The notes beneath the pieces are model-generated. The model did no database searches. It had not been told where the DNA came from and worked only from the letters and a program-made list of their open reading frames with translations. A stretch of DNA of 64,000 nucleotides from the human T2T-CHM13v2.0 reference genome, Homo sapiens. The position numbers and the translations under genes are program-made. Positions within the stretch are counted from its first letter, which is position 1, and the number at the start of each line of letters is the position of its first letter. Where the stretch lies: NCBI RefSeq assembly GCF_009914755.1, contig NC_060941.1; one strand, 5' to 3'. Shown piece by piece: positions 33,851-56,024 of this stretch.

Positions 33851-33883
33851 TGCCGTGCCGTGCCGTGCCGTGCCATGCCGTGC
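33851..33883. repeat. (TGCCG)n pentanucleotide repeat, ~6.5 units
   Basis: TGCCGTGCCGTGCCGTGCCGTGCCATGCCGTGC. Confidence 0.9.
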
Positions 33884-34000
33884 TCATCCCGTTTCTCTTT
33901 CCAGGCCACAGGTCCACCCTGCTCCGGCCCCAGTGTCTTCTTACTCACTCTCCCTTCCCCTTGGGCCAATTTCCAAGCTGCCTCTGCGACTGGAGTTTAG

Positions 34001-34313
<313 letters not shown>

Positions 34314-34844
34314 TGATCCACCCACGTTGGCCTCTCAAAGTGCTGGGATTACAGGCGTGAGCCACCGTGCCCAGCCTAGAGCTCTTTCTAAGATAGACTC
34401 TCTTTTAATAAATGACTTTCAGGAAGATGGATGCTTATGTGTATCCTGCAGCAAGAGGATGAGTCAGTAGGACATGTCAGGGGTGTGGAGGGAATCTTTG
34501 AAGCTAGCGGGGCCTGGCACAGGGTATTGGCATTGGATCTGGGCAGAGCCAAGGAGTCCAGGCTGCCTCTCTCCATGGGGACACCTGCACCCTCCTGGCC
34601 GAGGGAAGGCAGGCAGCCAGCAGGGTACTTCGGCTGGGATCTGAGTGTAATGAAATATCGAGCAGTCTATTTTATGGATGGATTCTTCTCATACGTTCAA
34701 GATATTAAAATAAAAATTATTCTTAAAAGCTTGAATTGGAATAGAAGTAATGTCCCACAGTAAGCAAGGTAGATACCCCTTTGGCTGGCACTAAATTTTC
34801 TCCGAAATAGGCTGTTTTTTATGTAGAAGAGGGAGAGAGAGTCA

Positions 34845-35803
<959 letters not shown>

Positions 35804-35947
35804 CTACAATAATACAACATGCAACCTTGAAGGTTTGATATAGAAATCTGTGCTCACGTTTTTCTGGCTGTACCTCTTATTTGTGACTATGTGTGTAAGA
35901 ACTGATGTGAGACTTGGTAATTGTCCGTATAGCATGTGTGTATGTCT

Positions 35948-36790
<843 letters not shown>

Positions 36791-36873
36791 TCTCTACTGG
36801 TTAGGGGAGTGTACACATGCTGGCAAGAGAGACATGGGATTTTGGTTTTGCAGGTGCTTTTTTTTTTTTGTGA

Positions 36874-37074
<201 letters not shown>

Positions 37075-37545
37075 TGATCCACCTGCCTTGGCCTCCCAGA
37101 GTGCTGGGATTACAGGCGTGAGCCACTGTGCCTGGCCTGCAGATGCTATTAATATCTGCAGATTTATAGATCAGGAGCATTCTCTAGGCTATCAAGGAGA
37201 GCCTCGTTTAATGGTCCATTAATTTATTTGACTTGTATGTTTTGCAAACAACTTGCTCCTGCCTATGATAGAACATCCGGTTGAAATCCACAAATTACAG
37301 ATACGTGTGACAGCAGGCAGCTGCACATACATGAAAACATCAGTTATAAAATGTCCGCATGAAAAGATGTTTTGCCAAAGATCGTAGGCTTCTAGATGGG
37401 GGCTCTGCCTGAAAGGTGGGCGAGAGTTTATCCTTCAGGGCAGCTGGGTAGATCTGCATTAATGAATCCACAGGCTGGTGCTTGTCCTGAACACCAAGGT
37501 CCTCAGGCGGTGAGTTCCCTCTCATTCTGCTGCTGGTGAGAATGA

Positions 37546-38065
<520 letters not shown>

Positions 38066-38074
38066 TAAAGGGGA

Positions 38075-38621
38075 TGTATTGGTCAGGGATCTCTAGAGGG
38101 ACAGAACTAATAGGATAGATGTATATATGAAGGGGAGTTTATTAGGAGAATTGATTCACACAGTCACAAGGTGAAGTCCCACAATAGGCCTTCTGCAAAC
38201 TGAGGAGCAGCGAAGACAGCCTGAGTCCCAAAACCTCAAAAGTAGGGAAGCTGACAGTGTAGTCTTTACTCTGTGTCTGAAGGCCTGAGAGCCCCTGGCA
38301 AATCACTGGTGTAGGTCCAAGAGTCCAAAAGCTGAAGAATTTTGAGTCTGATGTTTGAGGGCAGGAAGCATCCAGCACGGGAGAAAGAAGAAGGCCGGAA
38401 GATCCAGAGAGTGTCCTTATTCTACGTTCCTCTGCCTGCTTTATTCTAGCCACGTTGGCAGCTGATTAGATGGTGCCCACCCAGATTGCAGGTGGTTCTG
38501 CCTCTCCCAGTCCACTGATTCAAATGTTAATCTCTTTTGGCAACACCTTCATAGACACACACAGGAACAATACTTTGTATCCTTCAATCCAATCAAGTTG
38601 ACACTCAATATTAACCATCAC
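38075..38621 (-). mobile_element. MLT2A2-like (HERVL) solo LTR, full length and uninterrupted
   Basis: TGTATT.GTCAGGG.TCTCTAGAGGGACAGAACTAATAGG ... CCTTCAATCCAATCAAGTTGACACTCAATATTAACCATCAC; ~547 bp. Confidence 0.88.
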
Positions 38622-38736
38622 GGGACATCCCAAGAGTGACCACCTTACGTCAGCACCGTCGGGCAGACATGACTTCTGCTTCTGTACCCCATCCCTTCCT
38701 CCATCATCTTCTGCACTTTGTGGGAGGCCCCGCTTA

Positions 38737-39555
<819 letters not shown>

Positions 39556-39593
39556 TCAATTCCTCTGCAGTGAGTTCTATGGCTGAGTCTTTG

Positions 39594-39818
39594 GTGAGGA
39601 GTTGGGGGGATGGTAGAGGGTCCATTGTGAGGGGTTCGGGGTATAATGGAGGGTCCCTTGTGAGGGGTTGGGGGGATGGTGGAGGGTCCCTTGTGAGGGG
39701 TTGGGATGGTGGAGGGTCTGTTGTGAGGGGTTCAGGATATAATGGAGGATCCCTTGTGAGGGGTTGGGGGGATAGTGGAGGGTCCCTTGTGAAGAGTTGC
39801 GGTGGGGGATGGTGGAGT
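39594..39818. repeat. G-rich minisatellite, 7 copies of a ~33-bp unit (GTGAGGGGTTGGGGGGATGGTGGAGGGTCCCTT)
   Basis: Units read directly from the sequence. Confidence 0.92.
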
Positions 39819-39829
39819 AGCCATAGAGA

Positions 39830-40200
39830 ATGCTCTAGACTGAATATTGTATCTCCCTGACAATCACTATGTTGAAACCATAGCTGTCAGTATGGTGGTA
39901 TTAGGAGACGGGCCTTAGGAGGTGATTAGGTTAGATAAGGCATGAGGGTGGGGCCCTCTCCATGGGATTAGTGCTCTTGTATGAAGAGACCCAGAGAGCT
40001 TGCGCGTGAATTCTCTCTGCCATGTGAGGACACAGCAAGGAGGTGGCCATCTGCAAGCCAGGAAGAGAGGCTTCCCTGAGAACAAAATCTGCCAACACCT
40101 TGATCTTGGACTTCCAGCCTCCAGCACCATGAGACACAAATGCCTGTGATGAGGCCTCCCAGTCTGTGGTTTGCAATGGTAGCCGGAGCCCACTAGGACA
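39830..40200 (+). mobile_element. MLT1A-type LTR
   Basis: ATGGGATTAGTGCTCTT..AAGAGACCCAGAGAGC..CCATGTGAGGACACAGCAAG..CACCTTGATCTTGGACTTCCAGCCTCCAG. Confidence 0.85.
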
Positions 40201-41100
40201 GAGAGGCTTCCCAGCAGCCCCTCCTGAGCCTTGCTGCTGGCAGCTCCCATACGGCATAGTTATGGGATGTCTCTTTCTGCTGGAGGCTGGGACCCAGAAG
40301 CATAGGAGGGGAGTGAAGCCACTCTTCTTGGGAAAAGGTTGCTTATTGTTCAGCAGAGGAGGGAATGGCAGGGGGGGACAGTAAGGCATGGCTGGGAACC
40401 CCTGATATTGAGTGGCCTCTCATAATTGAGAGAAAGGTATATGGGTAGTAAGCTGGGGCAAAGTTAAGTAGGTATCTTAGAGCAGTGATTAGATTATGTT
40501 CGTCCAGTGGCCGGCTGCAAATTCCATTACTACAGAGTCTGTGAGAGGCTCTTTGGGGTCCTCTCCAGCCTGATACCTGCAGCTTTGGTAAGGACGTCCA
40601 CAGAGTGGTCTCTCTGATTTCAGCTGGTGCCTTCAGGTCCCCTTGTGCACCCCACATCAGGGCAGATGCTCCACGACCCAAGCCTCTGTCATCCAGGGAC
40701 TTCGTGGACTCAGGGGCCAGGCAGACCCCAGCAGGCTGTGCCTCGGGGGAAGTTGCTCCCCACCCCGACGGGGCTGCATCAGCTCGAAAGCTTCCCTAAA
40801 AGATGTTCCTTTTGTTGTTAAACTTATTTTCGTCTTGTCTGCACAGAATCATGCTTATTTCTCTCCATCATTTGTCTATGAACAGGGACGAAGAAGAGGG
40901 ACAAAAAGGGAAAACGATTTGCTGTCATTGTATCCACAAAGTGCACATTTTCTTTGTACGGCTGAAATGTCTGTGCGTCTGAGAGCTTGCAAGCTTGTCT
41001 GAAATGGTCTAATTGCCTGATCTCAATCCTGGCTGGGTGCCTTGCATCTGGCTTTTCATGGATTTGAATTGGGAGGGGCCGTTGGGGGAGACTCTCCTAA

Positions 41101-42360
<1,260 letters not shown>

Positions 42361-42522
42361 ATATAAGTTGTGTCATTTAATCCTTCAACTTCCTTTATGG
42401 GAGGCAGCATAAGCCCAATTTCAGATGAAATCTGAAAGAGATGGAGAAGGGAAACCTTTCAGAAGGAATTTGTCCTGGATTTTACATTAAGCAGCTGAGT
42501 TGGGATTTAAAAAGCATGTCTT

Positions 42523-43192
<670 letters not shown>

Positions 43193-43624
43193 CTATACAA
43201 AAAAATGGAAAATGAAAAAATTTAATCTGCCCATATAAGCCTGCCATTTAATCTTTTAGAATATTTGCTTTGTCTTCATATTTAATTTCCATAACCTGAG
43301 TCGTATTGTCTGTGCAGTTTTATATTCTAAAGCAGGATTTGAACCCAGAGCTCAGACAGAGCCAGGCCAAGTGGGGAAGGGGGCTTGTGCCTTTTTATCT
43401 CTTCACATTCTGACAGTGTCCTGGAATAGGACCTGAGGTTGTGTGTGAGGGGCTGATTTGCCTCTCTCAAAAAAAAATTCATGATGAAAGTTGGGCCTGG
43501 TGGTATGCACCTGTAGTCCCAGCTACTCAGGAGGCTGAGTGGGAGGATCGCCTGAGCACAAGAGTTTGAGGCCAGCCTGGCCAACATAGTAAAATCTCAT
43601 CTCTTAAAAAAAAAACTAACTCAT

Positions 43625-44135
<511 letters not shown>

Positions 44136-45444
44136 CCAAAGAATGCCCGGGCCCTGTCTGGGGCTGTCCACCTTCGCCCTGAGCACACGGTGGAAGGAAG
44201 TGGCTCAGAGCCTTGTCACAGGGCCCTGGAGTGGGAGCCCTTTGCTTCTGGGGTCTGCTCTGGGCTGAGAAGGCTTGACCCTGTTGAAATGGCTCTGCTG
44301 GCCTGGACCCCCTGAGACAGGTTCCATTTCAGCTGGTGAGCTCAGGGCCTGGCCTTGGACATGGCCAGCGCCAGTGAAACTGGATCTAGAATAAGCAGAA
44401 AGACAGCTCAGTGCCATCTTTAACTCACAGTGCAGGGAGTGAGCCCAGGCTTCAGGGCAGAGTGCTCCCTCCGCTTGCTGACTCTCAGCCTGGGCTCTGT
44501 CCTCTGGGCTCCGGCTGTTGTAGGACATCCTGAGAAAGGGGTCAGCCAGGCCGTGAACAGTCAATGGCATAGAGGCCTGAAGACTCCAGTCCTTCCTCCT
44601 GTGATGATGACACGTCCTAGGTGACCACCCTTGAGCTGATGCTTCTTTTTTTTTTTTTTTCCCTTCGAGACAGAGTCTTGCTCTGTTGCCCAGACTGGAC
44701 TGCAGTGGCACCATCTCGGCTTACTGCAACCTCCACCTCCTGGGTTCAAGTGATTTTCCTGCGCCGAGGGGCTGGGACTACAGGTACGCGCCACTGCACC
44801 TGGATAATTTTTGTATTTTTACTAGAGACGGGGTTTCGCATGTTGGCCAGGCTGGTCTCGAACTCCTGACCTCTTGATCTGCCTGCCTTAGCCTCCCAAA
44901 GTGCTGGGATTACAGGCATGAGCCACAGCGCCCGGCCTGATGCTTATTTCTTTCCTCTCATGGTCTACACTTCCTCCCCTCCGCTCACTTCAGTCCTCTC
45001 CGCTCTTCACTGAACTGGCCTTTGACAAGGTCTCTGATGAGCGACGTCACCTCTCAGCTCCAGGCCCCCCAGACAGCACATTTTTCAGGTGTCGTTTCTG
45101 AGCACTCAATGCTGGCCTGTGCCTGGCTCAGCTCTTGGCTGTCTTTTCTATCTTAGCATGGTCCAACAGAGGTGCTTTTTTTTTTGTTTTTGAGACAGGG
45201 TCTTGCTCTGTCATCCAGGCTGGAGTGCGGTGGCACAGTTACTGCTCACTGATGCCTCAACCTCCTGAGCAGCTGGGACTGCAAGCATGCACCACTGTGT
45301 TGGGCTAATTTTTTATTTTTTGTAGAGATGGGGGTCTCAGTATGTTGCCCAGGCTGGTCTCAAACTCTTGGGCTGAAGTGATCTGCCTGCCTCCGCCTCC
45401 CAACGTGTTGGGATTATAGGCGTGAGCCACCATGCCCGGCCCCA

Positions 45445-45950
45445 ACAGATTTTTCTGCCATGTTGGAGATGTTCTCTCTGTGCTGTGCAACACAGTAGCC
45501 ATGAGCCACGTGCAAGGTGGTCAGTGTGACTGAGAAACCGGTTTCCTTTTTTTTTCTTTCTTTTTTTTTTTTTTGAGATGGAGTGTCTCCCTCTGTCACC
45601 CAGGCTGTAGTGTAGTGGTATGATCTCGGCTCACTGCTACCTCTGCCTCCTGGGTTCAAGCAATTCTCCCCTGCCCCAGCCTCCTGAGTAGCTGGGATTA
45701 CAGGTGCATGCCACCATGTCCAGCTAATTTTTGTATTTTTAGTAGAGACAGTTTCACCATGTTGGCCAGGCTGGTCTCTAACTCCTGACCTCAGATGATC
45801 CACCCACCTCGGCCTCTCAAAGTGCTGGGATTACAGGCTTGAGCCACTGCATCCGGCCTGAGGTTTCCTTTTAGTTTCATTTTAATGAATTTAAATGTAA
45901 ATAGCCACAGTGGCTGCTGGCTGCTGGCTGCGGTGTTGGACAGCGCCTCC
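45445..45950. mobile_element. MER3-like hAT element with Alu insertion
   Basis: GTGCTGTGCAACACAGTAGCCA..GCCAC; TTTAAATGTAAATAGCCAC..GTGTTGGACAGC. Confidence 0.72.
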
Positions 45951-45999
45951 TAGGAGGCTGTTAATACCTGTGCCGTGCCTTTGTAGAGCATCTGCCGCT

Positions 46000-46760
46000 G
46001 TCTTCTGCATTTCTGTTCCCTGCGCTGACACCTCCCCTGAGCCCCCATGAGATCCATCTCTTCTTGACACCTCTCCTGGGTGCCTCATAGGCACATGGAT
46101 TGAGCACGTGGAAATTCTCTGATCCCACCTTCCCCATCGCAGAGAACGGCACCTGCCACTGCTCAGCCTCCAGATTCAGGAGTTGCATTTGTTTCCTTCT
46201 TTCTCCTGCCCTGAGCCAGTCACCTGGGCTCGTCCCTCCAGACATATCCCAACCTACACTTCCCTCCACCCCCACTGCCTCAGCCCACTCCGGATCAGGC
46301 TGGCCCTCCCAGCTCTCTGCCTCCCCACTCCTGTCCCGTGTCCCCCAGCCCAGCAGCCAGAGTGACCCGGCTACAGCACAAATCCCAGCACCTCGCTCCC
46401 TGCACCCCTAACTGCAACCAGAATCCATCCCAGCTGCTCTGTGGTCTGGCCTGCCCAGCCCTCCCACCCCATCTCCTCCTTCCCCTTCTAGTTGCCCAGT
46501 GCTGACCCCTCCCAGGGCTCCTGCATTTGCTGCTTGGAACTACCTCCCTGGCACCTTTGTGTCTCCTCCTCACTCCAGTCTGAATTCAGTGTTACCTCCT
46601 CAAAGAGGTCTTGTCCCAACACTCACTAGCACAACACGTCGTCTTCCTTGTAGAGAGCACGCAGCCCCTCCAGACCAGAGCTGGACTTCCACAGGGAGCA
46701 TCAGCCCCTCCAGACCAGAGCTCTGTTCTCATCACTGTGTTCCTGGTAAAACAGTCTTGT
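46000..46760 (+). mobile_element. Degenerate L2 3' region
   Basis: CAGGGCTCCTGCATTTGCTGCTTGGAAC...TGTTACCTCCTCAAAGAGG resembles the L2 3' consensus. Confidence 0.6.
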
Positions 46761-46779
46761 TGGCCTCCCTGAGCCAAGC

Positions 46780-47520
46780 TCTCTGTCCCTTCCTCCCTCT
46801 CTTCTTTTCTACCTCCCTCTCTCCCCACCTGTCTCTTCCTCTCTCTCCTTTTCTCCCTCTTTCTCTCCCTGACTCCCTCTGTTCCCTCAGTCAGTCTCTT
46901 TCTCTCCTCTCCCCGCCCTCTTGTTCCCTCTCTGTCTCTCTCTATTTCTGTCTCTTTTCTCCTCTCTCCCTCTGTTTCTCCCCCGACTCTCTCTCTGCCT
47001 CTCTGTCTCTCCCACTCTCTGCTTCTCTCTCTCTCTCTCTGCCTCTCTTTCTCTGCCTCTCTGTCCCTCCCTCTCTCTCTCTGTCCCTCCCTCTCTCTCT
47101 CTGTCCCTCTCCCTGTCTCTCTCTCCCTCTCTGTCTCTATCTCTCTCTGCCTCTCTTTCCTCTCTCTCTCTCTCCGCCTCTCTGTCTCTCCCTCTTTCTC
47201 CCTCTCTCTTTTCCTCTCTCTCTCTGCCTCTCTCTCCCTCCCCCCACCTCTCTCTGCCTCTCTGTCTCTCCCTCTTTGCCTCTCCCTCCCTCTCTCTCTG
47301 CATCTCTGTCTCTCCCTCTCTCTCCCTCTCTCTCTCTGCCTCTCTATCCCTCTCTATCTCTCCCTCTCTTTCTCCCTCTCTGTCTCTCTCTCCCTCTTTC
47401 TCTGCCTCTCTGTCTCTCCCTCCCCCCACCCCACCTCTCTGTCTCTCCCTCTCTCTTTGCCTCTCCCTCCCTTTCTCTCTCTCTCTCTGCCTCTCAGTCT
47501 CTCCCCCTCTCTCTCTCCTT
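46780..47520. repeat. ~740 bp CT-rich degenerate microsatellite (polypyrimidine)
   Basis: CTCT/CTGT/CTCC/CTGC mosaic seen directly. Confidence 0.95.
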
Positions 47521-48389
47521 TTGTTCCCCCCACCCACCCATGTCTGTGGAGGGCTGTGTCTCCCTTTGCCCCAGGACACTCCCTTTTTTTCTCCCCCGGT
47601 TCCGGTCTTTTGGGTGAAGGGTAGAAGGAAGACAAAAGCTGGAATTCCTGAGCAAGGGAAGTCATCACTACCCCCACGCTGGAGTTGTGACTGCCCATGC
47701 TGTGGCCCCTGGGTGGCCTCTGATGCAGCCACGCAAGGGGGTTCCACTCTGCTCCTTACTGGACCTGACCCCACCCCCTCCAGCAGCGTCCTCCGGAAGG
47801 GACTAGTTTCCCCTTGTACCCAGTGGGTCCAGGGCACCTGGATCAGTCCTTCAGTACCTTCATGTTTCAAACAAACACCTCTTGTAGCTCAGGCAGCAAA
47901 TTGCGCTGTTCGTGGGGAGAGGGGCCGAGTGCCCTGACCAGTCGGAGCTGGACCGGCCAGTGCTCCTCTGGTAGAGGGTGGGGGGATCACTTGGGGTGGG
48001 CTTTGGCTGGGGGAACCTGGAGGCTTGCAGGCTGGGCTCCCAGAGACCTTAGGATGGTCTCATGCATACCCAGGTCTATTCTGAGCCATGCACCAAGCAC
48101 CTTGGCTGGAGTCAGCTCACTTCCTCCCCTTATTACAGGTCCCAGCAGCCGCAAACCCAAACTTCCCCGGAGCACCAGCACACTCCCCATTAATGATAAG
48201 GCAGGAGAGCTCCTGCTCTTTCCAGCCGGGACTTTAATTTCTCTAATTATAGCTGAGGCTTGGAGCAGTCCCTCCCACTTAATCTACTTAATGCAGACAC
48301 ACACTCCCCCCAGCTCTCCACCCCTACCCGGCTTCTGCCTTTAACCCTTTTGCTGCTGGGTGGCAGTTCTCTGAGTGGGCACCTTTTAA

Positions 48390-50022
<1,633 letters not shown>

Positions 50023-51084
50023 TCAAATGAAGGTGGGCCCCTTTGCTGGCCTGACCCTGGAGGTGGGGACATCTGGTGGCCTCCTGGGGAAGGGGACTCA
50101 GTTGCATCACAGCCAGTCGACCCATGCAGGTGCCAGGTGTGCACATGGGAACGTGTCTGTGTGCTTGTGTGTGTTCAAACAGGAGAGACTGGTCAGGCTT
50201 AGCGATTAAGCTTACACCCCTTCCCCAGCCCACAGAGCACACAGTGCACCATTTCTACAAGGATCTCAGAAAATCAATAGGTGTCCCATCAGGGCAGGAG
50301 CAGCTGAGTTCAGCTTGTGTTTCCTGGAGTGTGCCTGTCCCCAGATCATCTGTTCTGTGATGCCAGAGGCAGGAGTGGAGCTTGTGCAGAGCTTCTGATG
50401 ACTCCCGGCCCCTCTGGAACTCTGAGTCATACTCTTGCCATAACCTCCATGGTCACAGTCGTGCCTGCTAGGCACTCTTATTGTAGAGACCTTCTGAAGG
50501 TCACTGCAAAATCGTGATGCCCTAAATGCATTGTGGACCAAGACCAGAGGCAGGTGGGGCTCCTCTTTGACAGGCCCCAGGCCCGGGAGATTTGCTGTTA
50601 GGAGGAATCACTGATGACTGAACGTATTCTGGGGAAGAGAGAAGGGGGACGGATATGGAGACAAGTCACCAGGAAGACCCCCTGCGGGACAGATTGGAAT
50701 CACAGCCCTGGAAAAGGGCCATGACATGAGCAGGGATGGCCTGGAGTGGGGGATGTGGTCAGGCTGCTGTGGGGTGCTCCTGTCTTAACAGTGAAGAATG
50801 GCTGGTGGTCCCCAAACAGCAGACAGTACAGCCCTGCTGGACCTGTGACCTGGGATGCTGGGCAGTTCTGTGAGGGCTCGACTCCCTGCAATGCCTCTCC
50901 TAGGTCCTCTTCTGCATTCTCTCACCACGAACCTCACCCAGGCCAGTCTTTCATGACTGCTCTGCTAAGCCCACAGGGGTTCTAAATTTTTTGACTATTC
51001 GTAACCAAGGCAACCCATAAATATAGCACAAACCGATTCTTGATTCCTGAGACAGTTTTTGTAGATTGCTACTCAGTTTCCATC

Positions 51085-51875
<791 letters not shown>

Positions 51876-52109
51876 TCCATGAGGTCTTTTCTCAGTCAGG
51901 ACCTGGCCCGGCTCTCCCAAATAAATGATCAGCTATGGGGTTGCTTTCCTCTTAGCTCACTTTTCTTCCAGCTGCGACCCTTGGCTTCCTCCCTCCCTCC
52001 CGTGGGGACCTCCCATCGTACTTAAGGCACAGCTGTTGAGTGGGGCTCTCCGTGCCTGTTTTGAAGAGCCTCTCCCTCTGCTAATTAGTCTTTGCATCTT
52101 TACAACTGA

Positions 52110-52400
<291 letters not shown>

Positions 52401-52787
52401 TGAGCCACTGAGCCTGGCCACAACTGACTCTTAATTTATTGCTGTGTTCATACCATTTCTACCACTCTGGATAAATTTTCCTAACACCTCCATAATGGGT
52501 CTTAACTTGAGGCTTGGATTGTTTCTTGAGGGGGGGTTCTAGCCAGGGAGAGAATGAACTCTTTCTAACTGAACAGCTCTTCCAGATGCTTTCCACAACC
52601 ATTCAACCCACAGAGCAGGAAGTGCCTGTGTTAGTGTCTGTTGCCGCACATTACAAACAGTACTAAGGATACAGGAAGGTACAAGAAACTGGTGCCAAGG
52701 TTGACTCCATGGAGGGGAACTGGATGGCTGTGAGGGGCAGGTGTGGAAAAGAGACAATTCACCATATGCTCTGTGAGAGCCCTTTAA

Positions 52788-53048
<261 letters not shown>

Positions 53049-53142
53049 TGAGCTCCTGGGCTCAAGCAATCTTCCCACCTCTGCCTCCTGAAGTGCTGGG
53101 ATTACAAATGAGCTATTTAACCCAGCCAAAATTTTTAACTAA

Positions 53143-53305
53143 AAGAAGAAGAGGAGGAAGAGGAAGGAGATGAGGAGGAAGAGGAAGGAGATGAGGACGA
53201 GGGAGAGAAATAAGAATAATCATAAGAAGGAGAAGGAGAAAAATGAAGAGGAGGAGGAGGAGAACAAGGGGAGGAGGGGGAGGAGAAGGAGTAGGTGGTG
53301 GTGGA
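53143..53305. repeat. GA-rich (GAG/GAA) low-complexity tract
   Basis: Seen directly. Confidence 0.9.
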
Positions 53306-53309
53306 GAAT

Positions 53310-54375
<1,066 letters not shown>

Positions 54376-56024
54376 TTTTTTTTTTTAAACAAGAAATAGA
54401 GTATGCTCTGGTAAGGTTCAGCTCGGGGAAGTTCCCTGTCCATAATTACCGTGAGCTCTAGAGGGACTGGAGTTCTAGGTGCCCTGGCCAAGCGCACACT
54501 GGGGCTCCATGTCTCCACTCATTGACCTGGTTGGTCCCTGGCTTTCCCAGGTTCCAGACATCAAAGGGGGTATGTCAACAGTGCGCACCATCATGCCAAT
54601 TAAATGCCGTGATGCACCATATATACGCCTAACCAGCAATCAACCAAAATAGCACTTAGGGGCAAACTCCCACCCGTGTCTTACAAATAACTGCAGTTGT
54701 AGAATGTACAAGGAAATGACAGAGTCTGCCATTAACCTCAGGCCTGCAGCATCTCCAGACTGCGCTGCTCACAGATGGATTGCACTGAGGGAAGCATCAG
54801 TGTCACCCGGGGAGCCAACTGCAAGCCCATCTACTTCGGGTCCCTCCAGGCAGTGTCTGCTTTCTCTAAGAAACAGGAATGAAGAATATTCTTATCTCTA
54901 CCCATTAGGCCTGAGGACGACTCTGGACTTGGTTGATAAAACAACCAAATTAGAAGGAGAAGCGGGGCCTCAGCACCCAGAGGACAGATCTTGGTGGCTG
55001 TCAAGCCTTTGGTTTTAGCTGAGGAGGAAGAGAGAAGGCGCCAGAGCCTTGGGGCTCCCCTGTGAGATATTAATCCTGAAAGCTATATGTGCAGGCCCCG
55101 CTGAGTGCCCCACAGTCCTCACCGTGGCCCGAGGGGGGAGATACTTTTTTTTTTTTGAGATGGAGTTTTGCTCTGTCACCCAAACTGGAGTGCAATGGCG
55201 CGATCTCGGCTCACTGCAACCTCCGCCTCCCAGGTTCAAGAAATTCTCCTGCCTCAGCCAGGCTTACAGGCATCCGCCACCACGCCCAGCTAATTTTTGT
55301 ATTTTTAGTAGAGATTGAGTTTCTCCATGTTGGTCAGCCTGGTCTTGAACTCCTGACCTCAGGTGATCTGCCCACCTCGGCCTCTTAAAGTGCTGGGATT
55401 ATAGGTGTGAGCCACCGCGCCCGGCTGGAGGATGTGATCTTATGACATCATTCATTTACTTATTTAGAGACAGAGTCTTGCTCCATCACCCAGGCTGGAG
55501 TGCAGTGGCACAATCATGGCTCACTGCAGTCTCGAAGTCCTGCAGTGAGTCTCAAGTGATCCTCCCACCTCAGCCTCCCTAGGAACTGGGACCACAGGTG
55601 CACGCCACCACACCTGGCTAATTTTTGTATTTTTTATTTTGCCATGTTGCCCAGGGTGGTCTCGAATGCCTGGATTCCAGCGATCTTCCCACCTTGGCCT
55701 TCCAAAGTGCTGAGATTCCAAGTGTGAGCAGCTGAGCCCAGCCTTATGATGTATGTCATCTATATGGTTGAGGAGGCCAAGCCCAGCCAGGCAGGAGAGG
55801 TGCTCCAGCCCAGGCAATCTGTAAGCGGCAGTGCTGAGATGTGCACCCAGGGCTGTCTGATCCAAAGTCTGTGCTTTTACATAAGATAATACGCTGGGGA
55901 ATCATTTTTTTTTTTTTTTTTTTGAGACAGAGTCTTGCTCTGTTGCCCAGGCTGGAGTGCAGTGGCGTGATCTCAGCTCACTGCAACCTCCCCGCTATGC
56001 TGGGGAGTCTTAGGGTTAGCTCAG

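Noticed and set aside
46499-47937. The longest ORFs (372, 338 and 327 aa; SL-rich or ER-rich)
   Set aside because: They are open only because the CT microsatellite lacks stop codons.
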